64,000 nt of DNA from an uncultured Acidobacteriota bacterium (GTDB lineage Bacteria; Acidobacteriota; Blastocatellia; RBC074). Under the pieces are notes generated by a model. It was given only the letters and a program-made list of their open reading frames with translations. It did not search any database and was not told where the DNA came from. Position numbers and translations under genes: made by a program. The stretch covers positions 32,001 to 96,000 of the forward strand of contig CAWCKY010000006.1 in assembly GCA_963796275.1 (NCBI GenBank). Direction: 5' to 3'. How positions within the stretch are numbered: position 1 is the stretch's first letter; the number at the start of each line of letters is the position of its first letter. Positions 53,104 to 64,000 of this stretch are shown in pieces.

Positions 53104-53243
53104 ATGTGCGGAAGGGAAAGACCGCGTAAACGCGGAACTCCAAGCGAATTCTTAAACGCGATGTTCGGAGTTCCGCCTTCGGGCGGTCAGAAATCATGTG
53201 CGGAAGGGAAGACCGCGTAAACGCGGAACTCCAAGCGAATTCT
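53104..53243. repeat. REP/BIME-like cluster
   Basis: Two ~49-bp direct copies (atgtgcggaaggga..gaccgcgtaaacgcggaactccaagcgaattct) around an inverted ggagttccgccttcgggcgg unit. Confidence 0.75.
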
Positions 53244-53274
53244 GAGGATTGATTGCTCGAGATAGAAGGAAAAA

Positions 53275-53413
53275 GTCTCCAATATTTGAGGGGTGCTCCA
53301 ATATTCCGTAGCATCAATCGATTGCCTCCAACACTGACTTGTCTCGCAAGTATCGAGAGTGAAATCACTTCCTACCGGCGTGAGTGAGTTGTTCGTTTGG
53401 ACTGAAACTTGCA
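53275..53413 (+). promoter_or_regulatory. Sigma54 promoter module upstream of the atp operon
   Basis: GTCTCCAATATTTGAGGGGTGCTCCAATATTCCGTAGCAT, ctcgcaagtatcgagagtgaaatcactt, TTTGGACTGAAACTTGCA (GG 53399, GC 53411). Confidence 0.85.
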
Positions 53414-53493
53414 GATTCCAGCTGATGAAAGACGAAGTCAAAATGCGCAAAGCCTATTCGGCGAAGCTTGCCGGCATACTATCAGCATACTAA

Positions 53494-54705
53494 ATGCTGT
53501 CTGCGTCAGGTTTCGTCATTTTGCAGGAGATGATCGGATGCTTACCGTTTCGCGAGAATCTAGAGTACATCGGCGCCGCGCCAATCGCGGGCGATCCGCT
53601 GAGAGCCCGGGAGCGCGATCTTGGGCCGGGTGAACGCGTGATCTTCGAGAAGCCCGACTACGAGCGCACGAACCCGGTTGCAGCATGTTACCGGGGCGCG
53701 GTGCGTGATACCGCCCGCGATGATGCCAGGCTGTTTCTTTGGTTGAAGGCTCAGTGGGGCTGGCTGCTCTTGATCGCTTTTTTGGTGAGTCTGGGCGCCC
53801 ACTCGACGTTCGCAATGGATGCCGGTGCCGAAACCGCTCCCGCGTTGTTAGCCGTTGATGCCCAACCGGGGGGACCGGTGGCAGTACCAGAAGTAAAAAA
53901 ACACGGCTTACCACAAGAAGCCGTCGAGATCGCCCGTCTCTTCGACTTCCCGATCACCAATTCTATGATCGTCAGTTGGATCGTTGCGCTTGGTCTCATC
54001 ATCTTTGCCCAGGTCGCTACGCGGCGCATGAAGCAAATTCCCGAGGGATCACAGAACTTTTTAGAATGGCTTGTTGAAAGCCTGCACAACTTTCTCGCTG
54101 GGATACTGGGTCATCACCTGGTCAACCGGACGTTTTGGTTTTTTGCGACTATTTTCATTTTCATTCTCTCTGCCAATTGGGTCGGTCTGATTCCCGGCGT
54201 AGGCGCGGTTGGTTGGGGACACGAAACCTCAGATGGCTTCAAGATCGATCAACCGTTGTTCCGCGGCGCCAATGCCGACGTCAACATGACACTGGCCATG
54301 TCGCTTGTCTTCTTCGCCTGCTGGATCGTCTGGGCTATACAGGAGCATGGTCCGCTCGGATTTCTGAAGGAACTGTTCGCGCCCAAGGGCGAAAGCACCG
54401 GACTATTGAAGGTGCTACTGGCAGTTGTGTTCTTCGCAGTCGGGTTACTTGAAATCATCTCCATTTTGTTCCGGCCGGTCTCCTTGAGTTTTCGTCTTTA
54501 CGGCAACATTTTTGCCGGTGAGAACATGTTGGAGACCATGACCAAGCTGGTCCCGGGCTTTGGCTGGTTGATACCGATCCCATTTTATTTTTTGGAGTTG
54601 CTCGTAGGCCTGGTCCAGGCGCTGGTCTTCATGTCGTTGACAGCGGTCTTCACGCTGTTGATTTGCCAGCATGAGACTGAGGCGCCTGCGGCTACGCATG
54701 TTTGA
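53494..54705 (+). CDS. atpB: F0F1 ATP synthase subunit a with long N-terminal extension (start uncertain)
   Basis: PITNSM, QNFLE, ANW.GLIPG, RPVSLSFRLYGNIFAGE (essential Arg), ELLVGLVQA.VF..LT. Confidence 0.92.
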   Translation: MLSASGFVILQEMIGCLPFRENLEYIGAAPIAGDPLRARERDLGPGERVIFEKPDYERTNPVAACYRGAVRDTARDDARLFLWLKAQWGWLLLIAFLVSLGAHSTFAMDAGAETAPALLAVDAQPGGPVAVPEVKKHGLPQEAVEIARLFDFPITNSMIVSWIVALGLIIFAQVATRRMKQIPEGSQNFLEWLVESLHNFLAGILGHHLVNRTFWFFATIFIFILSANWVGLIPGVGAVGWGHETSDGFKIDQPLFRGANADVNMTLAMSLVFFACWIVWAIQEHGPLGFLKELFAPKGESTGLLKVLLAVVFFAVGLLEIISILFRPVSLSFRLYGNIFAGENMLETMTKLVPGFGWLIPIPFYFLELLVGLVQALVFMSLTAVFTLLICQHETEAPAATHV

Positions 54706-54772
54706 AATCATGACTTTCGCCGGCTCGACAGCGTTCGATCGCGGAGTCGGCCAGAAAAGGAGAGTTAACCAG

Positions 54773-54961
54773 ATGGGCGAAAATGTATACATAGGTATGA
54801 CGGCTATTGGAGTAGCTATTGCCGTGGGTATGATCGGCTATAAGGCTTGTGATGCGGTCGGACGCAATCCCGAAGCATCCACCAAGCTTCTGGTCCAGTC
54901 TATCCTGGCCATTGCCTTCGCTGAGGCGATCGTGTTTTACGTGTTGTTCCTTGTGAGATAG
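54773..54961 (+). CDS. atpE: F0F1 ATP synthase subunit c (62 aa)
   Basis: RBS AAGGAG; helix-GRNPEA loop-helix with carboxylate in AFAEAIVF. Confidence 0.9.
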   Translation: MGENVYIGMTAIGVAIAVGMIGYKACDAVGRNPEASTKLLVQSILAIAFAEAIVFYVLFLVR

Positions 54962-55013
54962 GGACCACAATATCGACGCCGCCCTGGCGTTTTAGCTTGG
55001 CGAGGGTACGACT

Positions 55014-55592
55014 ATGAATGTTCTTGTCATACTGGCACAAGCGGGTAGTGAGGGGCAGATTCAACAGATTGCCAGAACCTTTGGCGTGGACTGGCCTCAT
55101 CTGATTGCACAGGTCATCAGTTTCTCCATCGTCTGCCTTCTCCTTTACAAGTTTGCCTACAAAAAAATTCTTCAGATTCTCGATGAACGCCGACAGGTGA
55201 TTGCCGAGAGTCTGGCCAACTCCGAGAAGATAAAAGTCGAGTTGGCGCGGACCGAAGTTCAGCGTCAGGAATTGATGGTGCAAGCCAATGTACAGGCAAA
55301 CCAGTTCATAGAAGAAGCTCGTCGCGCCGCCGCGCGCCTACAGGAGCAGGAAACTCGGAAGGCCATGGCCGCCGCCGAAGCGATCATAGTCAACGCGCGT
55401 GAGTCCGCCGCGCAGGATCACAACCGGATGCTTGCCGAACTCAAACAGGAGGTCGGCCGATTGGTGGTGCAGACGACTTCAGTAGTCACCGGTAAGATTC
55501 TGACATCGGAAGATCAACGGCGCCTGGCTGAAGAGACTACCATGCAATTGAAGGACGGAATGAATATACAAGCTCGAGGAGGACCAGGGTGA
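55014..55592 (+). CDS. atpF: ATP synthase subunit b
   Basis: FGVDWPHLIAQVISFSIV..LLYKFAY..I...LDERR..I, followed by coiled coil. Confidence 0.92.
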   Translation: MNVLVILAQAGSEGQIQQIARTFGVDWPHLIAQVISFSIVCLLLYKFAYKKILQILDERRQVIAESLANSEKIKVELARTEVQRQELMVQANVQANQFIEEARRAAARLQEQETRKAMAAAEAIIVNARESAAQDHNRMLAELKQEVGRLVVQTTSVVTGKILTSEDQRRLAEETTMQLKDGMNIQARGGPG

Positions 55593-55981
55593 AAACGACC
55601 AAACAGGCCGCTCGCGAAGCCAGGCAATTGTTTCGGCTCTGCCTCGTCAATGGCTCTCTGGATGAGGGGCGCGTTCAAAAAGTGGTGCAAGGAGTCCTGC
55701 AATCCAAACACCGTGGCGGCTATCTGCTCCTGTCACGCTTATTGCGGTTGGTGAAGATCGATCGCTCCCGTCACACGGCCGAAGTCGAGAGCGCCACGTC
55801 ATTGCCCCCTGACTTGCAAGCCAGCGTTCGGGCCGGACTGGCGCGAGTCTACGGCCCGGGAATCAGCATCTCATTCGCGCAGAGCCCTGCGCTGATCGGG
55901 GGCATGCGCATCAAGGTGGGCAGTGATGTGTACGATGGCAGCGTCAAAGCAGGCTTGGACGCATTGGAGAAGAGTTTTTGA
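55589..55981 (+). CDS. atpH: ATP synthase subunit delta (short form)
   Basis: AEVESA..L...PALIGGMRIKVGSDVYDGSV. Confidence 0.88.
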   Translation: MKTTKQAAREARQLFRLCLVNGSLDEGRVQKVVQGVLQSKHRGGYLLLSRLLRLVKIDRSRHTAEVESATSLPPDLQASVRAGLARVYGPGISISFAQSPALIGGMRIKVGSDVYDGSVKAGLDALEKSF

Positions 55982-56067
55982 ATCGCTACAGCGAAACGAG
56001 TCGCAGACGTAGCCGGGTAAGGATGCGATTCTTGGGATAGCGATTGGTTGATTGAGGGGAAAAACAG

Positions 56068-57600
56068 ATGGCCAATCTATTACTGGAACTTGAAGCTCAA
56101 ATTGCTGGAGCAAAGGCATCCGCAGCCAGGCAAAATGTGGGTGTCATACGTGAGATCGGCGACGGCGTCGCCCGCATTGAGGGCCTCGACGATGCGATGC
56201 TCAATGAGATGATCGACCTCGGTAACAACATCACCGGCCTCGCGCTGAACCTCGATGAGACCGAAGTCGGAGTGGTCATTCTCGGCGATTACACACGGCT
56301 CGAGGAAGGTGACGAGGTTCGCACCACGGGCAAACTACTGCAGGTTCCCGTCGGCAAAGGTCTGCTCGGACGCGTCGTGAACACGCTGGGTGAGCCCTTA
56401 GATGGCAAGGGGCCGATCAGGAGTGACGAGGCATATCCGGTCGAAAAACTTGCTCCCGGCATCATCAAGCGCAGTCCGGTTAGACAGCCGGTGCAAACGG
56501 GAATCATGGCCATTGACGCCATGATTCCGATTGGCCGCGGCCAGCGTGAATTGATCATCGGCGACCGTTCGACGGGCAAGACGGCCATCTGTATAGACAC
56601 CATCATTAACCAGGCTCGTCTCAACCAGGCGGCTGAAGCGGCCGGTGACAAGGACTATCGCCCGCTCTATAGCATCTACGTCGCGATCGGCCAGAAACAA
56701 TCCACCATCGCCCGGATCATCACTGTGCTCGAAGAAGCGGAGGCGATGCCCTATACCATCATCGTTGCGTCTCCCGCATCCGACTCGGCCACCAGCCAGT
56801 ATCTGGCGCCATTCGCCGGGGCGGCTATGGGCGAATGGTTCATGGACAATGGCATGGACGCTCTGATTATTTTTGACGATTTGTCCAAACATGCCGTCGC
56901 TTATCGCCAGGTCTGCCTGGTATTGAAACGGCCGTCTGGCCGTGAAGCTTACCCGGGCGACGTATTTTATCTGCACAGTAGATTGCTCGAACGGGCGGCG
57001 CGGGTTGGAGAAAAGTACGGCAACGGCTCTCTCACTGCGCTTCCCATTATTGAGACGCAAGCGGGCGATGTTTCGGCCTATATCCCCACGAACGTCATCT
57101 CGATCACTGACGGACAGATATATTTGGAGACCGATTTGTTCTACCAGGGCGTCCGCCCCGCCATTTCGGTGGGCCTGTCAGTTTCCCGTGTGGGGTCAGC
57201 GGCGCAGTTGAAAGCGATGAAACAGGTTGCCGGGCAACTCAAGGGAGAGCTCGCCCAATTTCGGGAACTGGCTGCGTTCGCGCAATTCGGCTCGGACCTG
57301 GATGCCAAGACGCAAGCGCAGATCGACCGCGGCAAGCGGATTATGGAGATCTTCAAGCAGCCACAATACCGGCCGATTCCGGTCGAGGTCCAGGTGGCCG
57401 TGCTCTGGGTTGTCCAGAATGGATATATGGACGAGGTGCCGGTGGCACGGGTCAAAGATTACCAGACCAAACTGACGGAGTTCCTGACCATGTACAAGGC
57501 CGAATTGCTCCAAAAGATCGTGTCCGAAAAAACGATCAGCGACGAGTTGAAGGCCGAGTTGAAGGATGCGGCCGACACCTTCAAACAAACCTGGAGGTAA
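56068..57600 (+). CDS. atpA: ATP synthase subunit alpha
   Basis: [45 protein letters not shown]. Confidence 0.97.
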   Translation: MANLLLELEAQIAGAKASAARQNVGVIREIGDGVARIEGLDDAMLNEMIDLGNNITGLALNLDETEVGVVILGDYTRLEEGDEVRTTGKLLQVPVGKGLLGRVVNTLGEPLDGKGPIRSDEAYPVEKLAPGIIKRSPVRQPVQTGIMAIDAMIPIGRGQRELIIGDRSTGKTAICIDTIINQARLNQAAEAAGDKDYRPLYSIYVAIGQKQSTIARIITVLEEAEAMPYTIIVASPASDSATSQYLAPFAGAAMGEWFMDNGMDALIIFDDLSKHAVAYRQVCLVLKRPSGREAYPGDVFYLHSRLLERAARVGEKYGNGSLTALPIIETQAGDVSAYIPTNVISITDGQIYLETDLFYQGVRPAISVGLSVSRVGSAAQLKAMKQVAGQLKGELAQFRELAAFAQFGSDLDAKTQAQIDRGKRIMEIFKQPQYRPIPVEVQVAVLWVVQNGYMDEVPVARVKDYQTKLTEFLTMYKAELLQKIVSEKTISDELKAELKDAADTFKQTWR

Positions 57601-57606
57601 AGACTT

Positions 57607-58473
57607 ATGCCCAGTACACGTGATATCCGGCGACGAATCCTATCAGCCTCCGGCACGGCGCAGATCACTAAAGCGATGCAGATGGTGGCGGCATCGAAGA
57701 TGCGTAAGGCTCAAGCGGCCGCTCTCGCCGGACGTCCTTTTACGCACCTCTTGTACCATTTCCAGCGATCAGCGACGACCCGGATGGAAGAGTTCAAACA
57801 TCCGCTGCTCGCAGTGCGCAATATCCGTAAGCGCGCGGTTATCCTGATCGGCGCAGATAAGGGGTTATGCGGGGCGCTCAACGGCAACCTGTTTCGTTTG
57901 GCCGCCCAATTCGATCCCGAGTCCACTGTTTTCATCACCGCTGGAAAGAAAGCATCGCAATATGTAGTTGGCACCGGACGGCAGCTCATCGCTGAGTTTC
58001 CTTACTCCGATACGCCGCGATTCCCGGAAGCCAGGGCGATCGCCGCTTTTGCGCGCGACCTCTTTTTGAAAAAGGAGGTAGACGAGGTCCGGGTTGTGGC
58101 CACTAATTTTGTCAACACACTCACCCAGTACCCGGTATCCCTGGAATTTCTACCGGTGGGCGAAATCAAGGGGATGAAAATCCCCGGCGCGGATTTCGAG
58201 GACGCAAGTGCGGCCGACACCAGAGAATACAAGTTTGAGCCCAGCCCGGAGTATATCCTGGGCTATCTGCTCTCGCATTACCTGAATATCTACATCTATC
58301 AGGTCATGCTCAATGCCAAGGCCAGTGAGCAAAGCGCCCGGATGGTGTCGATGAAGAACGCAACGGATAATGCCGAAAGCCTGATCGAGGACTTGACCCT
58401 CGAATACAACAAGCTGCGTCAGGGCAATATCACGAGGGAGTTGCTGGAGATCGCGGGAGGCCAGGCCGGTTGA
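57607..58473 (+). CDS. atpG: ATP synthase subunit gamma
   Basis: ITKAMQMVAASK, DKGLCGALN, SEQSARMVSMKNATDNA, RQ..IT.ELLEI. Confidence 0.96.
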   Translation: MPSTRDIRRRILSASGTAQITKAMQMVAASKMRKAQAAALAGRPFTHLLYHFQRSATTRMEEFKHPLLAVRNIRKRAVILIGADKGLCGALNGNLFRLAAQFDPESTVFITAGKKASQYVVGTGRQLIAEFPYSDTPRFPEARAIAAFARDLFLKKEVDEVRVVATNFVNTLTQYPVSLEFLPVGEIKGMKIPGADFEDASAADTREYKFEPSPEYILGYLLSHYLNIYIYQVMLNAKASEQSARMVSMKNATDNAESLIEDLTLEYNKLRQGNITRELLEIAGGQAG

Positions 58474-58498
58474 TATAAGGCAACTATGGCTAAAACAG

Positions 58499-60062
<1,564 letters not shown>

Positions 60063-60114
60063 GGGAAATGGGATGGCAGCGCGACCGATAAAAGCGATAG
60101 AGAGGACTAGATAC

Positions 60115-60525
60115 ATGGCCAAGACGTTAAAGTTGCAAATCATCACGCCGGACGCTACCGTTTACGATGACGACGTGGAGGTAGTTATGCTGCCGAGCGT
60201 CGGGGGCCAGATAGGTATTCTGCCTCACCACGTCCGACTGATGACCGTAATGGTACGGGGCGAAATGATCGTGCGCAAAGACGGCCGCGCTCATTTTCTG
60301 GCCGTAGGCGAGGGGCTTGTGGATGTGACCGGCGATCGCGTATCGATCCTGACGGATATGGCCGTGGCGGTCGAAAACATTGATGAGGCCAGGGCCGAAG
60401 AAGCGCGCCAACGGGCTGCGGCCCAGCTCCGCGATAAGCTTTCGGCCGAAGAAGTGGCCTCCGTAAATGCGGCTTTAGCTCGGTCGCTCACACAGTTGCA
60501 CGTTAAGCGACGCCGGCGGGTATGA
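60115..60525 (+). CDS. atpC: ATP synthase subunit epsilon
   Basis: LKLQIITPD, GQIGILPHH, V..G.V.V....VSIL.D.A, C-terminal helices. Confidence 0.94.
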   Translation: MAKTLKLQIITPDATVYDDDVEVVMLPSVGGQIGILPHHVRLMTVMVRGEMIVRKDGRAHFLAVGEGLVDVTGDRVSILTDMAVAVENIDEARAEEARQRAAAQLRDKLSAEEVASVNAALARSLTQLHVKRRRRV

Positions 60526-60781
60526 TGGCCGGGATCGCCTATCCCCTGATGCGGCAAGTGGCGGCAAAGTCAGGCGTATTCGAGTTAGTATTGAGCGGTC
60601 CGGTGTCTTTGCCCGCGCGCAGAGATTCTCCTATCAGCCAACCTTCAAGAAAGAGAAGCCACGCCATTTGGCTTTCTGTTTCGATGATAGCTGCCCTTTC
60701 GCTAAACTTCATATTTAATGGGTTCTGCTGACATTTACGCGCCGATTCAAGATACTCTCGCGTATCAGAATAATGCCGAAG

Positions 60782-60907
60782 GTCTCCAATATTTGAGGGG
60801 GACTCCAATATTCCGTAGCATTCATTTTCCGGTCGTTCCGACTCGCCTCACAAGTATAGAGATTTAAATCACTTCCTTAGGGCTTGTTGTTTGGACTGAA
60901 GCTTGCA
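60782..60907 (+). promoter_or_regulatory. Sigma54 promoter module upstream of the RND efflux operon
   Basis: GTCTCCAATATTTGAGGGGGACTCCAATATTCCGTAGCAT, ctcacaagtatagagatttaaatcacttcctta, TTTGGACTGAAGCTTGCA (GG 60893, GC 60905). Confidence 0.85.
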
Positions 60908-61116
60908 ACTTCTGGTTGCGGAGCAAGTCTGCATCTTGATCTGACCAGTTCCGGCAAACCGTTTTGAAAGAATCGCCAAAATGCGAACTGATCGTCGAAC
61001 AATCCGGACCTGAGCGCCATACCTTGGGGAACCCGGTTAGCATAATTTGAAGACGTTTAAAACTCCGGAGTCTGCCGGAGCCTGGTTGATACGTTAAGGA
61101 GGCTGAAGGAGGCAGA

Positions 61117-62436
61117 ATGATACGAACTAAAGTATCAGTACAAAGCTCGATGAGTTTGCTTATTCTCGCCGTCTCGCTCGTCGGCTGTAGCAAAACCAAT
61201 AAAGCGGAGCAGGGAACTGCTCCAGCGGTCGAAGTCTCAGTGATCGAAGTCCAGCCGGAGACCGTGCCGATCTACACCGACTTCGTCAGCGAAACCTACG
61301 CTCGCGATGAAGTTCAGGTGCGCGGGCGTGTGGACGGTTACATCGAGAAACGGCTTTTCACACCCGGTTCATATGTTAAGGCCGGCCAGATTCTCTATAT
61401 CCTCGACCTGCGTCCATATCAGGCCGATGTGGCGAAGGCCAAAGGTGATCTGTCGGAGACCCAGGCGAACCTGACTTTCGCCAGAGAACAGGTCGAATTG
61501 ATCGAGGCCGAGGCGCAACTGGCGCAGGCAGAAGCCGAGCTGATCAAAGCGAAGAATGACGTGTCTCGTCTGACTCCACTGGTTAAGGAGGAGGCCGCGC
61601 CCAAGCAAGATCTTGAGAATGCCATCCAGACGCAAGCGGCGGCACAGGCCAACTACAACGCCAAAAAAGCCAATGTCGACCAGAAACGCCTCACCACGCG
61701 CGTTCGGGTTGATGCAGCCCAGGCGCAGGTGGATGCGAGCAAGGCCACCATGGATCAAGCCGAATTGAACCTCGGTTATGCAACGATCCGCGCCCAGATC
61801 GGCGGGCGCGTAGGCGATTCAGAGATCGAGGTAGGGGGCCTGGTGACGAAAAACTCCCCACAGCCACTAACGACGATCGTGCCGCTCGATCCGATCTGGG
61901 TCAGGTTCCAGGTCAGCGAAAGCGAGTACCTCAAATTTCGCGGGGAGGTTGCACGAGGGGCCCGGGCGAGAAATTACTTCGCTTCCATCCCAATCCAGTT
62001 GATCACCGCCAATGGGGAGATTCATCCCCAAAAGGGGAAGATCCAGAATACGCTCAACCGCGTTGACCCGAAGACCGGCTCGCTCGAGGTGCAAGCTACT
62101 TTCCCCAATCCGACAAGAGATATCCTCCCCGGCCAGTTCGGGCGAGTGCAGATTCAGACCGAGGAGCGGCAGGATGTGATGCTGGTGCCGCAGCGCGCAA
62201 TCCAGCAGCTGCAAAACATGCGGACGGTGTTTGCGGTCGACAGTGACAACAAGGTAGTAGCGCACACCGTCGCGACCGCCGAACGCGTCGGTGATCGTTG
62301 GATCATCCAGCAGGGCTTGAAGCCGGGCGATCGCATAATTGTCGAGGGGATGCAGAAAGTCCGCCCCGGCAGCACAGTCAAGCCTAAGCCCTATCAACAA
62401 GTAGCGGAAGCGGCGAGCAAAGAAGGGAGCAAGTGA
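61117..62436 (+). CDS. RND efflux periplasmic adaptor (MFP) lipoprotein
   Basis: Lipobox LVGC; VRGRVDGYI, long alpha-hairpin, LNLGYATIRA, FPNP...LPGQF, GLKPGDRIIVEG. Confidence 0.93.
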   Translation: MIRTKVSVQSSMSLLILAVSLVGCSKTNKAEQGTAPAVEVSVIEVQPETVPIYTDFVSETYARDEVQVRGRVDGYIEKRLFTPGSYVKAGQILYILDLRPYQADVAKAKGDLSETQANLTFAREQVELIEAEAQLAQAEAELIKAKNDVSRLTPLVKEEAAPKQDLENAIQTQAAAQANYNAKKANVDQKRLTTRVRVDAAQAQVDASKATMDQAELNLGYATIRAQIGGRVGDSEIEVGGLVTKNSPQPLTTIVPLDPIWVRFQVSESEYLKFRGEVARGARARNYFASIPIQLITANGEIHPQKGKIQNTLNRVDPKTGSLEVQATFPNPTRDILPGQFGRVQIQTEERQDVMLVPQRAIQQLQNMRTVFAVDSDNKVVAHTVATAERVGDRWIIQQGLKPGDRIIVEGMQKVRPGSTVKPKPYQQVAEAASKEGSK

Positions 62437-62439
62437 GTA

Positions 62440-64000
62440 ATGGCTAAACTCTTCATCAACCGCCCGGTCCTGGCGATGGTCATGGCCATCGTGATCACGC
62501 TCCTGGGCGCAATTTCCTACTTCATACTTCCGCGCGGTCAATATCCCGAGATCGTTCCGCCGCAGGTCAAGGTCAGCTGCACATTCCGCGGGGCCAGCGC
62601 GGAGGATGTAGAGAAGACCGTAGCGCAGCCGATCGAGCAGCAGTTGATAGGCCTCGACGGCCTTCTCTATTTCAGTTCCAACAGCGCCAACGACGGTTCA
62701 TACACGATGTATGTTACATATGAGCTGGGCACCGACATCGACATGGCCACAGTCAAGACGCAGAACAAGGTCAATATCGCACTGCCGCTGCTGCCCGAGG
62801 AGGTCAAGCGCGAGGGCGTGACCGTGCAAAAGGTCTCCTCGGCGATCCTGCTCGCCGTCGGGCTCTACTCGCCTGATGGACGCTATGACGACCTCTTCCT
62901 GGGTAACTATGTGACGATCAATTTTCTGCAGCGGATCGGAACCCTGCCCGGCGTGGGGGACGCGCGTCTCGGCTCGGTGCGCGACTATGGGATGCGCGTG
63001 TGGGTCAACCCGGATAAGCTGACGAAGCTCGGCCTGACGGCGACCGACGTCAAGAACGCCATCAGCGAACAGAACCGGCAGAACCCTGCCGGCCAAATCG
63101 GCCAGCCGCCGATCCCACAGGGGACTGATTTTCAATATCCGGTAAACGCAGGCGGACGTTTGCTGGAAGCTGACGAGTTCTCCAACATCATTCTACGCGC
63201 CAAAGCAGACGGCTCGATCTTGCGCATCAAGGATATCGGTCAGGTCGAGCTTGGAGCGGTTGACTACCGGACCTTCAGCCGGATCAACGGCAAGCCCGGG
63301 GCGCTGATCCTGATCTATCTCGCGCCGGGCGCGAATGCGATTGCGACGCGTGATGCCGTGGTCAATCTCATGGAGGAGCAGAAGAAGAACTTCCCGGCCG
63401 GGATCGAGTACGCGATCTCATACGACACGACCGACTTTGTGCGAGCCTCGCTCGAGGATGTGGTCCACACCTTCTTCGAAGCCCTTATCCTGGTGATCAT
63501 CGTCGTCTTCGTCTTCCTCCAGAACTGGCGGGCGACGCTCATACCGCTGTTGACGGTTCCAGTCTCAATAATCGGAACCTTTGCCCTCTTTCCGGCGCTC
63601 GGTTTCACGGTCAATACCATCAGTATGTTCGGCCTGGTGCTTGCCATCGGAATTGTGGTTGACGACGCGATAGTCGTGGTCGAGGCCGTGCAGCACCACA
63701 TTGACCACGGCATGAGTCCGAAGGAGGCGACCTTCAAGGCCATGGAGGAGGTCTCGGGGCCGGTGGTCGCGATCGCTTTCATCCTCGCGGCGGTCTTCAT
63801 GCCGGTCGCCTTCATGGGCGGTATTTCAGGACCGATCTACCGGCAGTTTGCACTGACGATAGCGGTCTCGGTGCTGCTCTCGGCTTTCAGCGCGCTCACG
63901 CTCAGCCCGGCGCTCAGCGCGCTCCTGCTCAAGCCGGCGGGTGGGAGTCGCGGTCCGCTGGCCAAATTTTACAATGGTTTCAACCGCGTCTTCGGCTGGA
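62440..64000 (+). CDS. RND efflux permease (HAE1/AcrB family), partial, runs off right edge
   Basis: Manual translation MAKLFINRPVLAMV..., QYPEIVPP, GLVLAIGIVVDDAIVVVE, YRQFALTIAVS, LSPAL. Confidence 0.95.
   Translation, partial: MAKLFINRPVLAMVMAIVITLLGAISYFILPRGQYPEIVPPQVKVSCTFRGASAEDVEKTVAQPIEQQLIGLDGLLYFSSNSANDGSYTMYVTYELGTDIDMATVKTQNKVNIALPLLPEEVKREGVTVQKVSSAILLAVGLYSPDGRYDDLFLGNYVTINFLQRIGTLPGVGDARLGSVRDYGMRVWVNPDKLTKLGLTATDVKNAISEQNRQNPAGQIGQPPIPQGTDFQYPVNAGGRLLEADEFSNIILRAKADGSILRIKDIGQVELGAVDYRTFSRINGKPGALILIYLAPGANAIATRDAVVNLMEEQKKNFPAGIEYAISYDTTDFVRASLEDVVHTFFEALILVIIVVFVFLQNWRATLIPLLTVPVSIIGTFALFPALGFTVNTISMFGLVLAIGIVVDDAIVVVEAVQHHIDHGMSPKEATFKAMEEVSGPVVAIAFILAAVFMPVAFMGGISGPIYRQFALTIAVSVLLSAFSALTLSPALSALLLKPAGGSRGPLAKFYNGFNRVFGW

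Noticed and set aside
53104-53243. Two ~49-bp direct repeats with a spacer, as a possible mini CRISPR array
   Set aside because: Only two units, the spacer is an inverted copy of the same motif, and there are no cas genes; it fits a REP/BIME cluster.

Overview
GC-rich bacterial DNA, most likely Acidobacteriota (Blastocatellia-like). This is inferred from the Acidobacterial-type TonB receptor, the ADOP permease/PadR pairs, the CRTAC1/TPR pair and the DUF1501/DUF1553 genes. Left to right: (1) a sugar-sensing/TonB/DUF1549-DUF1553-DUF1501/CRTAC1 cluster; (2) an IS6 relic, an ECF sigma factor with a recently duplicated ChrR-type anti-sigma gene, and a PAS hybrid kinase; (3) about 9 kb of broken ADOP permease/PadR genes; (4) a lone integron-type attC cassette; (5) a two-gene class II lanthipeptide locus (lanM plus precursor); (6) VOC, MaoC, esterase and FAD monooxygenase genes bracketed by an inverted partial maoC duplication; (7) a 22-kb block with mscS-glgX, a beta-1,2-glucan GH94/GH144 pair, a complete, probably second, F1Fo ATP synthase operon and an RND pump. 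The main new observation is non-coding. Each of the four transcription units in block 7 is preceded by the same 125-160 bp module: a tandem CTCCAA(T/C)A(T/A)T enhancer pair, an IHF-like box and a correctly spaced sigma54 -24/-12 element. This suggests one sigma54 regulon linking carbohydrate-reserve mobilisation, MscS, an accessory ATP synthase and efflux. The activator gene is not in the window. Many single-base frameshifts suggest long-read assembly error, so pseudogene calls are tentative. All product calls come from motif recognition by eye; no searches were run.
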